Origin: Aureisphaera galaxeae
GTDB lineage: Bacteria > Bacteroidota > Bacteroidia > Flavobacteriales > Flavobacteriaceae
Length of the DNA: 64,000 bases
Assembly (NCBI RefSeq): GCF_028561275.1
Contig: NZ_JAQQTF010000002.1
Span: forward strand, 340,812 to 404,811
Direction: 5' to 3'
Both the position numbers and the translations under genes were made by a program. Below are positions 11,111-21,420 of this stretch, one piece after another; the first letter of the stretch is position 1; each line of letters begins with the position of its first letter. The notes beneath the pieces were generated by a model. It did no database searches, was not told the origin of the DNA, and saw only the letters and a program-made list of their open reading frames with translations.

Positions 11111-13486
11111 ATGAAAAACATCCTAATTGCATTCATCCTTTTGGCTTCCTCTCAAGCCTTTGCACAGAGCAAATACAGTATTAGGGGAACCGTAGAAGAC
11201 AAGAAAAATGGGGAAACCGTTATTGGAGCGACCGTGTACTTGGAGGGCACCAATATTGGCGCCATGACCAACGAATACGGTTTTTTCTCCCTTACGGCTC
11301 CCGAAGGAACCTATCAATTGGTGATCTCCTATCTGGGTTACGCAGAGACCCGTACCGAAGTGATCCTGAATTCGAACCAAACCCTCAATTTTGAAATCAG
11401 TGAGTCCCGAACTGCTTTGGAAGAAGTGGTAATTACTGCAGAGGAATCGGAACGGATCAACATCCGGGAACCACAGATGGGAGTCACCAAACTAAAAGCC
11501 GAAACCATAAAACAAATGCCAGCGGTTTTGGGAGAGGTAGATCTTATTAAATCCATACAGATGCTCCCGGGAGTTACCCAGAATGGAGAGGGATCAGCAG
11601 GATTTAATGTACGCGGAGGAGCGGCAGATCAGAATTTAGTGTTATTGGATGAGGCCATTATTTACAATACCTCCCATTTTTTCGGATTCTTCTCCGTATT
11701 CAATCCAGATGCCATCAAAGACATTAAGCTCTACAAGGGAGATATGCCTTCCAAATTTGGGGGAAGGGTGTCTTCGGTATTAGATGTACGACAAAAAGAT
11801 GGGAACAGTAAAAACTTTGGAATGACTGGGGGAATTGGTGTTATTTCCAGTCGACTTACAGCCGAAGGGCCTTTATTCAGTAAAAAGGGATCCTTTTTGG
11901 TAGCGGGAAGATCCTCATATGCACATTTGTTCACTCCGGCCATTGAAGAGGTGAAGGACGACAAAATTTCTTTCTACGATCTCAACCTAAAAGCCAATTA
12001 TGAGATCAATGACAACAACCGTGTGTACCTTTCAGGATACTTTGGAAGGGACATCTTCAATATTTCGAATTTTATAGAAAACAACTACGGTAATTTTTCT
12101 GGAAATCTACGTTGGAATCACGTGTTCAACGATAAATTGTTTTCCAACCTTTCCCTTATCTACAGTAAATACGATTACCAAGTTGTTTTGGATTTCGTAA
12201 AGTTGGATTGGATTGCCGACATCCAGAATCAGCATCTTAAATACGACTTTGGGTATTATGCCAGCGACAAGCTGAAATTGGATTTTGGGGTAAGCGGTAT
12301 TTATTATCGCCTGAATCCCGGCGAAGTACGACCCACTTCCGACGATTCTCCCATCAATTATTTGAAGTTGGATCAAAAAAGAGCTCTGGAAACGGGCGCT
12401 TATATAAGTGCTGAGCATAAGCTAACCGATAAACTTACAGCGCGCTACGGATTGCGATACAGTGCATTTTCTAGAATGGGAGGGCAAAATATTGCCAATT
12501 ATGTGGACGGTCGTCCGGTAGTGTACAATGAGAACCTTGGAATTTATGAAGAAGGCGAAATCGTAGACGAAACCTTTTATGAGAAAAGCGAAAGCATCAA
12601 GAACTTCGGGAACCTGGAACCGCGTTTGGGATTGGCCTATCAATTGAATAACAATGCTTCCGTTAAGGCCAGTTATACCCGTTCTGCCCAGTATCTGCAT
12701 CTATTGTCCAATACCTCTTCGGTTACGCCTTTGGATGTTTGGACCCCTAGTGGACCCTATGCCGATCCCCAATTGTCCAATCAATATTCGGTAGGGTATT
12801 ACCGAAAATTCAATGACAATACGTTCTCTTTGGAAGTAGAAGCCTATTACAAGAACGTAGAGAACAGAATTGATTATGTAGACGGTTCGGATCTTATAGG
12901 AACCAATACGATTGAGACCGAAATTTTAAGCGGAGAAGCCCGTGCATATGGACTTGAAGTGTTGCTTCGGAAGAACAAAGGAAAGTTCACAGGATGGCTG
13001 GCTTACACCCTTTCCAAATCAGAACAAAGAACCCCTGGAGGAGATGCCGGAGGTCCCGGGATTAATGATGGAAAATGGTACAATACCCCATTCGATAGAA
13101 CGCATGACTTTTCCTTAACGGGGTCGTATAAGTTGAGCGATAAATGGACCTTCAGTACCAATCTGGTTTTTCAAACAGGACGTCCGGTGACCTACCCAAA
13201 TGGACAATACGAATATGAGGATTTGTCCATAGCCAGTTATTCCTTGAGAAATGAAGATCGATTGCCAGCCTATCATCGTTTGGACCTTTCGGCCATTTAT
13301 CGTCCAAATAGTAAGAAGGATCGTCGTTGGCAAGGAGAATGGGTATTTGGTATTTACAATGTGTACAACAGAAGAAATGCCGCGACGATCTCCTTCAACC
13401 AAAACACAGAAACCGGGCAGAACGAATCTACCCGATTGTCCATCTTCGGAATCATACCTTCCATCACCTACAACTTCAAATTCTAA
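11111..13486 (+). CDS. TonB-dependent receptor (CarboxypepD_reg-like domain + plug + beta-barrel)
   Basis: Signal peptide. Carboxypeptidase-regulatory-like N-domain (YSIRGTVEDKKNGETVIGATV). Plug (DEAIIYNTSHFFGF). C-terminal barrel ending in aromatic F. Confidence 0.8.
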   Translation: MKNILIAFILLASSQAFAQSKYSIRGTVEDKKNGETVIGATVYLEGTNIGAMTNEYGFFSLTAPEGTYQLVISYLGYAETRTEVILNSNQTLNFEISESRTALEEVVITAEESERINIREPQMGVTKLKAETIKQMPAVLGEVDLIKSIQMLPGVTQNGEGSAGFNVRGGAADQNLVLLDEAIIYNTSHFFGFFSVFNPDAIKDIKLYKGDMPSKFGGRVSSVLDVRQKDGNSKNFGMTGGIGVISSRLTAEGPLFSKKGSFLVAGRSSYAHLFTPAIEEVKDDKISFYDLNLKANYEINDNNRVYLSGYFGRDIFNISNFIENNYGNFSGNLRWNHVFNDKLFSNLSLIYSKYDYQVVLDFVKLDWIADIQNQHLKYDFGYYASDKLKLDFGVSGIYYRLNPGEVRPTSDDSPINYLKLDQKRALETGAYISAEHKLTDKLTARYGLRYSAFSRMGGQNIANYVDGRPVVYNENLGIYEEGEIVDETFYEKSESIKNFGNLEPRLGLAYQLNNNASVKASYTRSAQYLHLLSNTSSVTPLDVWTPSGPYADPQLSNQYSVGYYRKFNDNTFSLEVEAYYKNVENRIDYVDGSDLIGTNTIETEILSGEARAYGLEVLLRKNKGKFTGWLAYTLSKSEQRTPGGDAGGPGINDGKWYNTPFDRTHDFSLTGSYKLSDKWTFSTNLVFQTGRPVTYPNGQYEYEDLSIASYSLRNEDRLPAYHRLDLSAIYRPNSKKDRRWQGEWVFGIYNVYNRRNAATISFNQNTETGQNESTRLSIFGIIPSITYNFKF

Positions 13487-13490
13487 GAAC

Positions 13491-14336
13491 ATGAAAGCAC
13501 TTATAAAATTCAGTTTAATTGCAATGGGAATCATTTTGGTTTCCTGTGAAGACCCTATTTCAGTAGATCTTAACGATGCTCCACCAAGATTGGTGGTAGA
13601 GGCTTCCCTAGATTGGGAAAAGGGAACCTCTGGGAACAATCAGACCATTAAATTGACTACCTCTACGCCGTATTTCGACACAGAGATTATTAATGATGTA
13701 TTGGGTGCCTCTGTTAGGGTGACTAATACCAACACCCAACAGGTATTTATTTTTCAGGATCAGAACAATGGCTTGTACACTACTTCCAGTTTTGTGCCTA
13801 GAAGGAATGATCCCTACAGGTTAGAAATTCAATACAACGGGGAAACTTATACGGCTACGGAGACGTTGACGCCGGTAACTGAAATATTGGAAGTATCCCA
13901 GTCCTTGGAAGGTGGGTTCGACGATGAACTATTGGATGTAAGCATCTTCTTTCAGGATCCGGACGAAGAAGGAAACTACTACCTCATGCGTTTTATTGAA
14001 GAAGGGGATCAATTCCCGGTATTGGAGACGGAGTCCGACGAATTTTCCAATGGAAACCTCATCGATGAATTCTTCGAGAAGGATGGAGATGCAGGGACGC
14101 AAGAAGAAGAATTTCAGGTGGGCGATACCGTTACGATCTCGCTGTACGGAATTTCAGAACAGTACTTCAACTATATCGATTTGTTGATAGAGCAGTATGA
14201 TAGTGGAGGCGATCCGTTCGCAACCACTCCGGCCCGTATACGGGGGAACTGTATCAATACCTCGAATCCCGATAACTATGCCCATGGTTACTTTAGGGTA
14301 ACCGAAGTGGATGTTGTATCTTATACATTTGAGTAA
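13491..14336 (+). CDS. DUF4249-family lipoprotein (partner of TonB-dependent receptor)
   Basis: ATG at 13491, 5 nt after the TBDR stop. Lipoprotein signal (ILVSCEDP). TBDR+DUF4249 pairs are typical of Bacteroidetes. The upstream part of the ORF-track entry (13251..) overlaps the TBDR and is not coding. Confidence 0.55.
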   Translation: MKALIKFSLIAMGIILVSCEDPISVDLNDAPPRLVVEASLDWEKGTSGNNQTIKLTTSTPYFDTEIINDVLGASVRVTNTNTQQVFIFQDQNNGLYTTSSFVPRRNDPYRLEIQYNGETYTATETLTPVTEILEVSQSLEGGFDDELLDVSIFFQDPDEEGNYYLMRFIEEGDQFPVLETESDEFSNGNLIDEFFEKDGDAGTQEEEFQVGDTVTISLYGISEQYFNYIDLLIEQYDSGGDPFATTPARIRGNCINTSNPDNYAHGYFRVTEVDVVSYTFE

Positions 14337-14439
14337 AATTTTAAAAAAAAATTCGAATTGGTGCAACCCTTTATCCCCCACATGTGTCTATAGGGGTGAT
14401 ATATAGCAAAAAAAGGACAAATACATAGGCATCGTAATA

Positions 14440-14973
14440 GTGGATCAAGCCATACTATTTACACATAAAGAGCTTATAGAGAAAAGTAAGATTGGAGACC
14501 GCAAAATGCAGTACAAACTGTATTCCTTGTACGTGGATGCCATGTTCAATGTAAGCATACGTATTGTAAAAGTGAAGGAAGATGCCGAAGACATTGTACA
14601 GGACAGTTTTGTGAGTGCCTTTAAAAATCTGGATTCTTTCAAGTATCAAAGCACTTTTGGCTCATGGTTAAAGCGTATTGTGGTAAACAAGAGCATTAAC
14701 TATTTGCGGGTAAAAAGGGTTCCTTTGGTGGCGTTGGAAGAACAAGAATATTGGCTTACCGAACCCGAGGAGATCGAAGACTCCAAATTGGACGTAAAGC
14801 GTATTAAACAAGGCATCGATGCCCTTCCCCAGGGCTATCAGACCATCATCAACTTGTACTTAATTGAAGGATACGACCATGTGGAAATTGGCGAGATTTT
14901 GGAAATAAGTGTTTCTACTTCCAAATCCCAATACCACAGGGCGAAGAAAAAATTAATTGAATTAATAGACTGA
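14440..14973 (+). CDS. RNA polymerase sigma-70 factor, ECF subfamily
   Basis: Region 2 (DIVQDSFVSAFKNLDSF) and region 4 (GYDHVEIGEILEISVSTSKSQYHRAKKKL) motifs. 177 aa. Confidence 0.8.
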   Translation: MDQAILFTHKELIEKSKIGDRKMQYKLYSLYVDAMFNVSIRIVKVKEDAEDIVQDSFVSAFKNLDSFKYQSTFGSWLKRIVVNKSINYLRVKRVPLVALEEQEYWLTEPEEIEDSKLDVKRIKQGIDALPQGYQTIINLYLIEGYDHVEIGEILEISVSTSKSQYHRAKKKLIELID

Positions 14974-14975
14974 TT

Positions 14976-15512
14976 ATGAAGGATGAATTGAGAGATTTTA
15001 TACAAGAGCATAGGAACGAATTCGATGAGCACAAAATCGATAAGGATGCCCTATGGAGTAAAATTGAGGCCGAACTGGAAGAAGAACCCAAGAAGGTAAT
15101 TCCCTTGTGGAAACGACACCGTTGGAAAATAGCGGCCAGTATCCTAATTATTCTGGGAAGCACATTTTTCTTTGGTTACCTAAATTCCCCTGGTATTGAA
15201 GAAAACATAGTATATGAAGAGCTTCAGGAAGTGGATAATTACTATGGGTCTTTGGTGAATCAACAAATTCAACTCATTAAAAACCATCCCAACCTTTCCC
15301 CGCAGGAGCAAGAAGATTTCTTGGCCCTTATCGATGAATTGGACGTGGAGTACAAGGGACTGAAAGAGGAGCTAAAGGAAGGGATAAACAATGAAAAAAT
15401 CATTGAAGCGATTATTCACAATTATCGCCAAAAAATAGAATTGATGGAAAAACTTTTACAAAGGTCACTTCCATCCAAAAAGGAATACGATGAACAGGAA
15501 ATTGTATTATAG
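14976..15512 (+). CDS. Putative anti-sigma factor (single-pass membrane protein)
   Basis: Lies 3 nt after the ECF sigma gene. One TM helix (IAASILIILGSTFFFGYL). Acidic N-terminal cytoplasmic segment. Confidence 0.4.
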   Translation: MKDELRDFIQEHRNEFDEHKIDKDALWSKIEAELEEEPKKVIPLWKRHRWKIAASILIILGSTFFFGYLNSPGIEENIVYEELQEVDNYYGSLVNQQIQLIKNHPNLSPQEQEDFLALIDELDVEYKGLKEELKEGINNEKIIEAIIHNYRQKIELMEKLLQRSLPSKKEYDEQEIVL

Positions 15513-16575
15513 AAGTATCCTGTACCTGTGCATGTTACTACCCGGCATGCTCCTAGGACAGGAAACGGTAAGCAAGCAAATAGAGGAGTCCCGCGATTTT
15601 TCGGTAAACGGATCCCTTCTCATCGAGAACAAATATGGAGACATTTATGTTCAGGGATGGGATCAAGACGAGCTTGCCATTACCATAGACATTAGTGCAA
15701 CGGACAATGATCCCAAAGAAGCACAGGCGCTTCTGGACCGAATTCGCCCAACGATCAGCGGATCGGGCAATCAAGTGATTATCACCTCGGAAATTGCTAA
15801 GAAAGAAGCAGGGCTTGTAGAACGGTTCTTCAATAGATCGAAGTCGGGAGGAAAAAAGGCGAAGTCCCAGATCGACATTACCGTGTATCTTCCAAATAAT
15901 GCAAGGGTAGTGTTGACCAATAAATATGGCGATGTCATCGTTTCTGATTGGGATGGAAACTTGGAAGCTACCGTAGAGCACGGAGATATCAGATTACCGG
16001 ACGCTTTGGATAGTTCCGAGCTTTCCATTAAATACGGAAAACTGAAAGCCAGTGCGTTGACCACTGCCAAGATAATGGCCAATAATGCCACGGTAGATGT
16101 GAGTAATGCGACACAATTGAATGTGGAATCGAAGAACTCAGAATTTACACTGGGAGACATCGCTTCCCTCACGTTAGACTCCAACAAGGATGAAATTGAA
16201 ATAACATCCATGGGAGCCATATCGGGCTATGTTACCTATTCTAATGTGGTATTGGACAATGTGACCGAAAGTATCAATTTGAATTTAAACTTGGCCGAAT
16301 TACGGGTCATGAAATTCTCTGATCCTGCTCCCAACGTTCGCGTGGATCAGGAAAATTCGGAAGTGTATATGAATATTCTGAATACCAGTTTCCGATTCCG
16401 TGCCAATCTGGAACAAGGAGTACTGCGTATTCCGAAAACCATGCAGGACATTAATTCCACCCTTTTGGACAAGAAGAAGAAAATACGGGACATCTCTGCG
16501 ACCTATGGGAGTGAAAAACAAACGGTTTTTTCGTTTACCGGGAGGAAAGGCGTCATTATCTTAAAAGAACTATAA
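15490..16575 (+). CDS. DUF4097-like putative adhesin / beta-helical repeat protein
   Basis: Repeated YGD(I/V)xV...DGNLEA beta-strand motifs typical of DUF4097. Signal peptide. Overlaps the preceding gene, consistent with a sigma/anti-sigma/DUF4097 operon. Confidence 0.5.
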   Translation: MNRKLYYRSILYLCMLLPGMLLGQETVSKQIEESRDFSVNGSLLIENKYGDIYVQGWDQDELAITIDISATDNDPKEAQALLDRIRPTISGSGNQVIITSEIAKKEAGLVERFFNRSKSGGKKAKSQIDITVYLPNNARVVLTNKYGDVIVSDWDGNLEATVEHGDIRLPDALDSSELSIKYGKLKASALTTAKIMANNATVDVSNATQLNVESKNSEFTLGDIASLTLDSNKDEIEITSMGAISGYVTYSNVVLDNVTESINLNLNLAELRVMKFSDPAPNVRVDQENSEVYMNILNTSFRFRANLEQGVLRIPKTMQDINSTLLDKKKKIRDISATYGSEKQTVFSFTGRKGVIILKEL

Positions 16576-16593
16576 CAACATCAATCAAATACA

Positions 16594-17253
16594 ATGAAGA
16601 CACAAATTGTTTTAGGGCTACTCATCTTTTTGGGCCTCACCGCGCTGGGGCAGACCGAAACAGATGATTATGTAGAATTCGATGACCGGAAAAATGTGGT
16701 GCATGGCGTCTATTTTGGGTTTAGTGGCCAATATGGACAGGTGGAAGGCAAAGGGACTGCTTTCGGAACCATGAAATTGGCTTATGTGGCCAATCAGCAA
16801 TTGGAAATTGGGTTTGCCGCTACCGGGTTTTTCAATGACCGTCCCAACAATAGACCCGACCTATTCGATGGAGACAAAGTTGCCTTGGTAGGTGGTTACG
16901 CTGGATTTCATGTAGAACCCATTCTATTCGGAAAACGCTTTATTAGTGTGTCTTTTCCTCTTTTGGTAGGAGGTGGTATAGCAACCTTCACGGGAGTGGA
17001 CACCTTGGAAAATGACGAAGATTTGGACAGTGATGATTTCGACGATTTTTTTATTGTAGAACCCGGAGTAAACGTACTCTATAATCTTACGCGGTATACG
17101 CAATTGGAAACAGGGGTGCGTTATCGGTTTACCAGCAGTTACGATTTATCACCTTTTAACGAGGACAACCTGAATGGGTTTTCGTTGGTTTTCGGGCTCA
17201 AGGTAGGGATCTTCAATATGGGAAGGAAGAAACCCGTTAAGGATAGGTTTTAA
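16594..17253 (+). CDS. Hypothetical outer-membrane beta-barrel-like protein
   Basis: Signal peptide and alternating hydrophobic beta-strand pattern. 219 aa. Confidence 0.35.
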   Translation: MKTQIVLGLLIFLGLTALGQTETDDYVEFDDRKNVVHGVYFGFSGQYGQVEGKGTAFGTMKLAYVANQQLEIGFAATGFFNDRPNNRPDLFDGDKVALVGGYAGFHVEPILFGKRFISVSFPLLVGGGIATFTGVDTLENDEDLDSDDFDDFFIVEPGVNVLYNLTRYTQLETGVRYRFTSSYDLSPFNEDNLNGFSLVFGLKVGIFNMGRKKPVKDRF

Positions 17254-17337
17254 TCTTTACGATTTTACGGGCGTTATACTAAATTGTTAATCAACAATTT
17301 GGTAACTTAGTAGGCTTAACCTCGTAAGCCGTATTGT

Positions 17338-19254
17338 ATGTATAAAGCACCGTCCATTACTTACAAAGAACCGGGGATGTTTGAGGAAACCCGCTTCGAA
17401 AAGATCCACAACGTTATTTTCAATTCTTCCCTAGAAGCTTCCGCACTGGTCGCTAGAGAAATCGCTGAACTCATTCGGAAAAAGCAGCAAAAAGGACAGC
17501 TTTGCGTCCTTGGACTCGCCACGGGATCGTCTCCTATAAAAGTGTATGAAGAATTGGTGCGCATGCACCGTGAAGAAGAGTTAAGCTTTGCCAATGTCAT
17601 TACTTTCAATTTGGATGAATACTACGGCATGGACCCGGGCAACATTCAGAGTTACTACTACTTCATGCACGAGCATTTGTTCAATCACGTGGATATCCCT
17701 CCTGAAAATGTAAATATCCCAGACGGTAGGGTAGCGGCTGAAGATCTACGGCAATATTGTCTGGATTATGAAGCCAAGATCAAGGAAGTAGGCGGTTTGG
17801 ATTTTCAGTTGTTGGGCATTGGTAGAACAGGACATATCGGTTTTAACGAACCCGGTTCCCACGTTAATTCTGGGACAAGGATCATAACCCTGCATCATGT
17901 GACACGAGTAGATGCGGCTCCAGCATTTTTGGGAATTGACAATGTTCCGCGAAAAGCCATTACCATGGGGATAGGAACGACCAAAGGAGCTGGCCGTATT
18001 GTACTATTGGCTTGGGGAAGCAATAAAGCAGAGATCATAAAAAAGACGGTAGAAGGGGAAATTACCTCGAATGTGCCCGCTACCTATTTGCAGGATCATA
18101 ACAATACCACCTTTGTACTCGATGAAGCCGCTTCGGCCGAACTTACCCGAATAAAAACGCCTTGGTTGGTTACCTCCTGCGAATGGGACGAACCCTTAAA
18201 ACTGAAAGCTGTCGTTTGGTTGAGTGAATTGTTGGAGAAATCCATCCTCACCCTGACCAATAAGGATTATGCCGATCATGGCTTGGCCGATTTGCTCGCT
18301 GAGGTAGGATCTGCCTACGACCTGAATATAGAAATGTTCAATAGACTGCAACGCACCATTACTGGATGGCCCGGGGGAAAACCCGAAGCAGATGACACCT
18401 ATCGTCCAGAACGCGCCGAGCCCAAACAAAAAAGGGTGCTTATTTTCAGTCCCCATCCGGATGATGATGTTATTTCCATGGGGGGAACGCTAGATCGACT
18501 CATTGAACAAGGGCACGACGTTCATGTAGCCTATCAAACCTCGGGGAACATTGCCGTTTCCGATAACGAAGCCTTGAAATTTGCGAAGATTGCACAGAGT
18601 CTGAATCCCGAGGCCGAATCGGTGAATAGGATTGTTGATTTCCTGACTTCCAAAGAAGAGAATGCCATAGATAGTCTTGAAGTCCGAAAGCTGAAAGGCC
18701 TCATTCGCAGAAACGAATGTTATTTGGCCGCCAAGTATTTGAGTTTGGAAGGGGAGAAGCTCCATTTTATGGATTTACCATTTTACGAAACCGGGACGAT
18801 TAAGAAGAACAAACTATCTGAAATGGATGTGGAACTAATGTGCGCCCTTATTGAAGAGATCAAACCCCACCAAATATATGCGGCAGGAGATTTGGCCGAT
18901 CCGCACGGCACCCACAAGGTTTGCTTGGATGCCTTATTTGAAGCCCTCGATCAGTTGAAATCCAAAGACTATATGAAAGATTGTTGGGTATGGTTGTACC
19001 GCGGTGCGTGGCAGGAATGGGAGCCCTATGAAATTGAAATGGCTGTGCCCATGAGTCCGGATCAGGTATTGAAGAAACGACATGCGATTTTTTACCATCA
19101 GTCACAAAAGGATGGCGTTATGTTTCAGGGGAATGATACAAGGGAATTCTGGGTACGCGTGGAAGATCGAAACCGACTCACCGCCTCAAAATACAATCAG
19201 TTAGGCTTGGCAGATTATGCCGCCATTGAAGCTTTCAAAAGGTATCATTTTTAA
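17338..19254 (+). CDS. nagB: Glucosamine-6-phosphate deaminase, long Bacteroidetes form (NagB domain fused to LmbE/PIG-L-like domain)
   Basis: N-terminal NagB motifs (LGLATGSSP, GIGRTGHIGFNEPGS). C-terminal LmbE-like domain (HPDDDVISMGGT). 638 aa. Confidence 0.85.
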   Translation: MYKAPSITYKEPGMFEETRFEKIHNVIFNSSLEASALVAREIAELIRKKQQKGQLCVLGLATGSSPIKVYEELVRMHREEELSFANVITFNLDEYYGMDPGNIQSYYYFMHEHLFNHVDIPPENVNIPDGRVAAEDLRQYCLDYEAKIKEVGGLDFQLLGIGRTGHIGFNEPGSHVNSGTRIITLHHVTRVDAAPAFLGIDNVPRKAITMGIGTTKGAGRIVLLAWGSNKAEIIKKTVEGEITSNVPATYLQDHNNTTFVLDEAASAELTRIKTPWLVTSCEWDEPLKLKAVVWLSELLEKSILTLTNKDYADHGLADLLAEVGSAYDLNIEMFNRLQRTITGWPGGKPEADDTYRPERAEPKQKRVLIFSPHPDDDVISMGGTLDRLIEQGHDVHVAYQTSGNIAVSDNEALKFAKIAQSLNPEAESVNRIVDFLTSKEENAIDSLEVRKLKGLIRRNECYLAAKYLSLEGEKLHFMDLPFYETGTIKKNKLSEMDVELMCALIEEIKPHQIYAAGDLADPHGTHKVCLDALFEALDQLKSKDYMKDCWVWLYRGAWQEWEPYEIEMAVPMSPDQVLKKRHAIFYHQSQKDGVMFQGNDTREFWVRVEDRNRLTASKYNQLGLADYAAIEAFKRYHF

Positions 19255-19794
19255 TTAGGTAAGCACGATCAATTCCCAATCCCTTCCCCCAAAATGATAG
19301 GTGTGCAGGGTCTCAAAACCAATCGCCCTATGAGCTTCTAGGGATCGTTTATTTCTGTGGTCCACTTCCGTGATAATGCATGAATAAGGAGGAATTAGAA
19401 ACTCTTTCATGGATTCATACAGCTTTCGGAAAATACCCTGTTTTCGGTAGGTAATGTCTATACATACTTGTCCCATGACCACGTAATTTTGGTATTCCTC
19501 CATATCGGCAATGGCCTTTTCAATCTCGGCAAACATAGGAACGAGCACTTCAATTTCATCCCCGAATTTGGGATGCATGGAAAGCGCATATCCTACCACT
19601 TTGTCCCCATCTTTGGCAATAGTATGTGGACAAGCATCGTTCATGGCCTTCAACAAATCGAAATCGTGATGTACTGTCACGAAGCCTTCGGCCTGTTGCT
19701 CATCTTCGGATAAGGCTTGTGGCAAATTGGTCTTTTGCAGAATAAGGATTTGGTCCAATTCCGAAAAGGTCTTACAACGTGAATAAGTGATCAT
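19255..19794 (-). CDS. GNAT-family N-acetyltransferase
   Basis: Acetyl-CoA binding motif region (RKQGIFRKLYESM). 179 aa. Confidence 0.65.
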   Translation of the reverse strand: MITYSRCKTFSELDQILILQKTNLPQALSEDEQQAEGFVTVHHDFDLLKAMNDACPHTIAKDGDKVVGYALSMHPKFGDEIEVLVPMFAEIEKAIADMEEYQNYVVMGQVCIDITYRKQGIFRKLYESMKEFLIPPYSCIITEVDHRNKRSLEAHRAIGFETLHTYHFGGRDWELIVLT

Positions 19795-19837
19795 GATAAC
19801 TGGTTTGCTTCTTCAATATACACCAATTATCATAAAA

Positions 19838-19868
19838 AAAGCGCATCCATAGGACGCGCTTTTAGGGT
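19838..19868 (-). terminator. Rho-independent terminator downstream of the S8 peptidase gene (bidirectional hairpin flanked by A/T runs)
   Basis: aaaaaaAGCGCATCCataGGACGCGCTtttt. A 9-bp stem with one mismatch, a T-run on the minus strand and an A-run on the plus strand. Confidence 0.45.
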
Positions 19869-19887
19869 TGTTGATGGTAGTGATTGA

Positions 19888-21420
19888 TTATTGAACTGCC
19901 TGTAGGGCATCTATGTTCCCATAACCATAATTATTGCTTGGATTGTTATATAATTCTGCCGATTGGCGCATTTTCTGAAGCACCTGTTCACGACTCCATC
20001 CCGGATGTACAGACCATACCAAAGCGGCGATTCCAGCGGTAGTAGCGGTCGCTACCGAAGATCCTCCGATATAGGCATTGTCGCCGGCATAGAATCCTAA
20101 GGTAACTCCCATGCGGCTTGTGTCGTTTTGACGTTCCATGATCACCGTAAACTCTATTTGGGAACCGTCATGGCAATTGTTGCATTGGTCGTAAGAACCA
20201 TTGCTTAAATCCCGAACGCCCGTTACCGCAACACATTCGCTCATATTGGCTGGGAAAATTACGGGATACCAGTTGGTCAATGCGGTGGAAGTCCCTCCAG
20301 CGGCAAAGATTAACTTGCCTCGATTGTGGGCATAACGAACTGCATCGCGAACGTTACCAATACCCCAAGGATATCCTATGGACATAGAAATGATTTTTAC
20401 ATCGCTTCGGTTGGCCAAGGCTTTTAAGGCATTAGAAACCCCTTTACGCTCATGGTAATCGTTAAGCACCACATCGGCCGTTCCACGATAAGAAATTAGA
20501 TTACAGTTATAGGCTACTCCCAGTGCTTGTTGATCGTTATTGCGCGGGGCAGCTACGGTGGCGGTCATGGAAGTCCCGTGACCACAGCGGTCGTCTGGAC
20601 CGTCTATATTGTTGCTCCACCACCAAGGGGAATCGATGTATGTACCGTACTTTTCTACGGTTCTGCTCGATACCGACCCGTCTGTGTTGAATTCGTTGTT
20701 CAGCTTGGGTTGATTGGGAGAAATCCCTGTGTCGATAACACCTACGGTGATGCCTTGTCCAGTACTTTGAGCCCAAGCCTGTGGAATGTTATGACGATCG
20801 AATGTCCATGAAACATAGGCTCCTGGGGATACGATGGAGAAGTCATTAGAATTAAGGTTGGAGGCGGACATATCGCATCCTGCGCTACGTTGGGTCGGTC
20901 CTTCCTTGGTTTTTATCTCGTAAAAAGAGTAGGCATTCGGTTCTAGATAGCGGATGTTGTCCACTTTCCTAAGGGCTTCGACCGTGACATAAGAGGTCAC
21001 TTCCACATCGATATAATTAAAGGTGTCGTCTTCCAATACTTTCAAGGATTTTCTTGAGGTCCCCGAGGTATTGCTAATGACATCTATAATATTATCCTTA
21101 ATGTCTGCGTATTGGTTGCTGCCCCTTTCCCGAAAACTGGCACCTTCGGGGCCATAGCCAATCGTGAGCATTTCTTCCCCGTGTACGGCGGCACTCCATA
21201 GTACGCGGGTGGTAGCTTCACTCCAATCGAAATAACCTTTGGTTTCGAAAGAGTTGTCGATAAATTCGTTGATTTCTTGAATACTGAGGAGCCGGGTTCT
21301 GTCGGCCAATTCACTTGTTAGGTCTGAGGAGGAATCGTCCAGTGGGGTTAGTTCCTCTGTACTGCATGAAGCTAAAAGCAATAGAATGCAGCTCCCAATT
21401 AAGGGTAAATGTTTTTTCAT
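19888..21420 (-). CDS. S8-family serine peptidase (subtilisin-like) lipoprotein
   Basis: Lipoprotein signal (LLLASCSTEE). Catalytic triad motifs VIDTGI (Asp), HGTSMTATVAA (His) and the serine region near the C-terminus. 510 aa. Confidence 0.8.
   Translation of the reverse strand: MKKHLPLIGSCILLLLASCSTEELTPLDDSSSDLTSELADRTRLLSIQEINEFIDNSFETKGYFDWSEATTRVLWSAAVHGEEMLTIGYGPEGASFRERGSNQYADIKDNIIDVISNTSGTSRKSLKVLEDDTFNYIDVEVTSYVTVEALRKVDNIRYLEPNAYSFYEIKTKEGPTQRSAGCDMSASNLNSNDFSIVSPGAYVSWTFDRHNIPQAWAQSTGQGITVGVIDTGISPNQPKLNNEFNTDGSVSSRTVEKYGTYIDSPWWWSNNIDGPDDRCGHGTSMTATVAAPRNNDQQALGVAYNCNLISYRGTADVVLNDYHERKGVSNALKALANRSDVKIISMSIGYPWGIGNVRDAVRYAHNRGKLIFAAGGTSTALTNWYPVIFPANMSECVAVTGVRDLSNGSYDQCNNCHDGSQIEFTVIMERQNDTSRMGVTLGFYAGDNAYIGGSSVATATTAGIAALVWSVHPGWSREQVLQKMRQSAELYNNPSNNYGYGNIDALQAVQ

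Noticed and set aside
13251-13490. N-terminal 80 codons of the ORF-track entry 13251-14336
   Set aside because: This part overlaps the TBDR 3' end. A proper ATG with lipoprotein signal occurs at 13491, just after the TBDR stop, so the gene was trimmed to 13491-14336.
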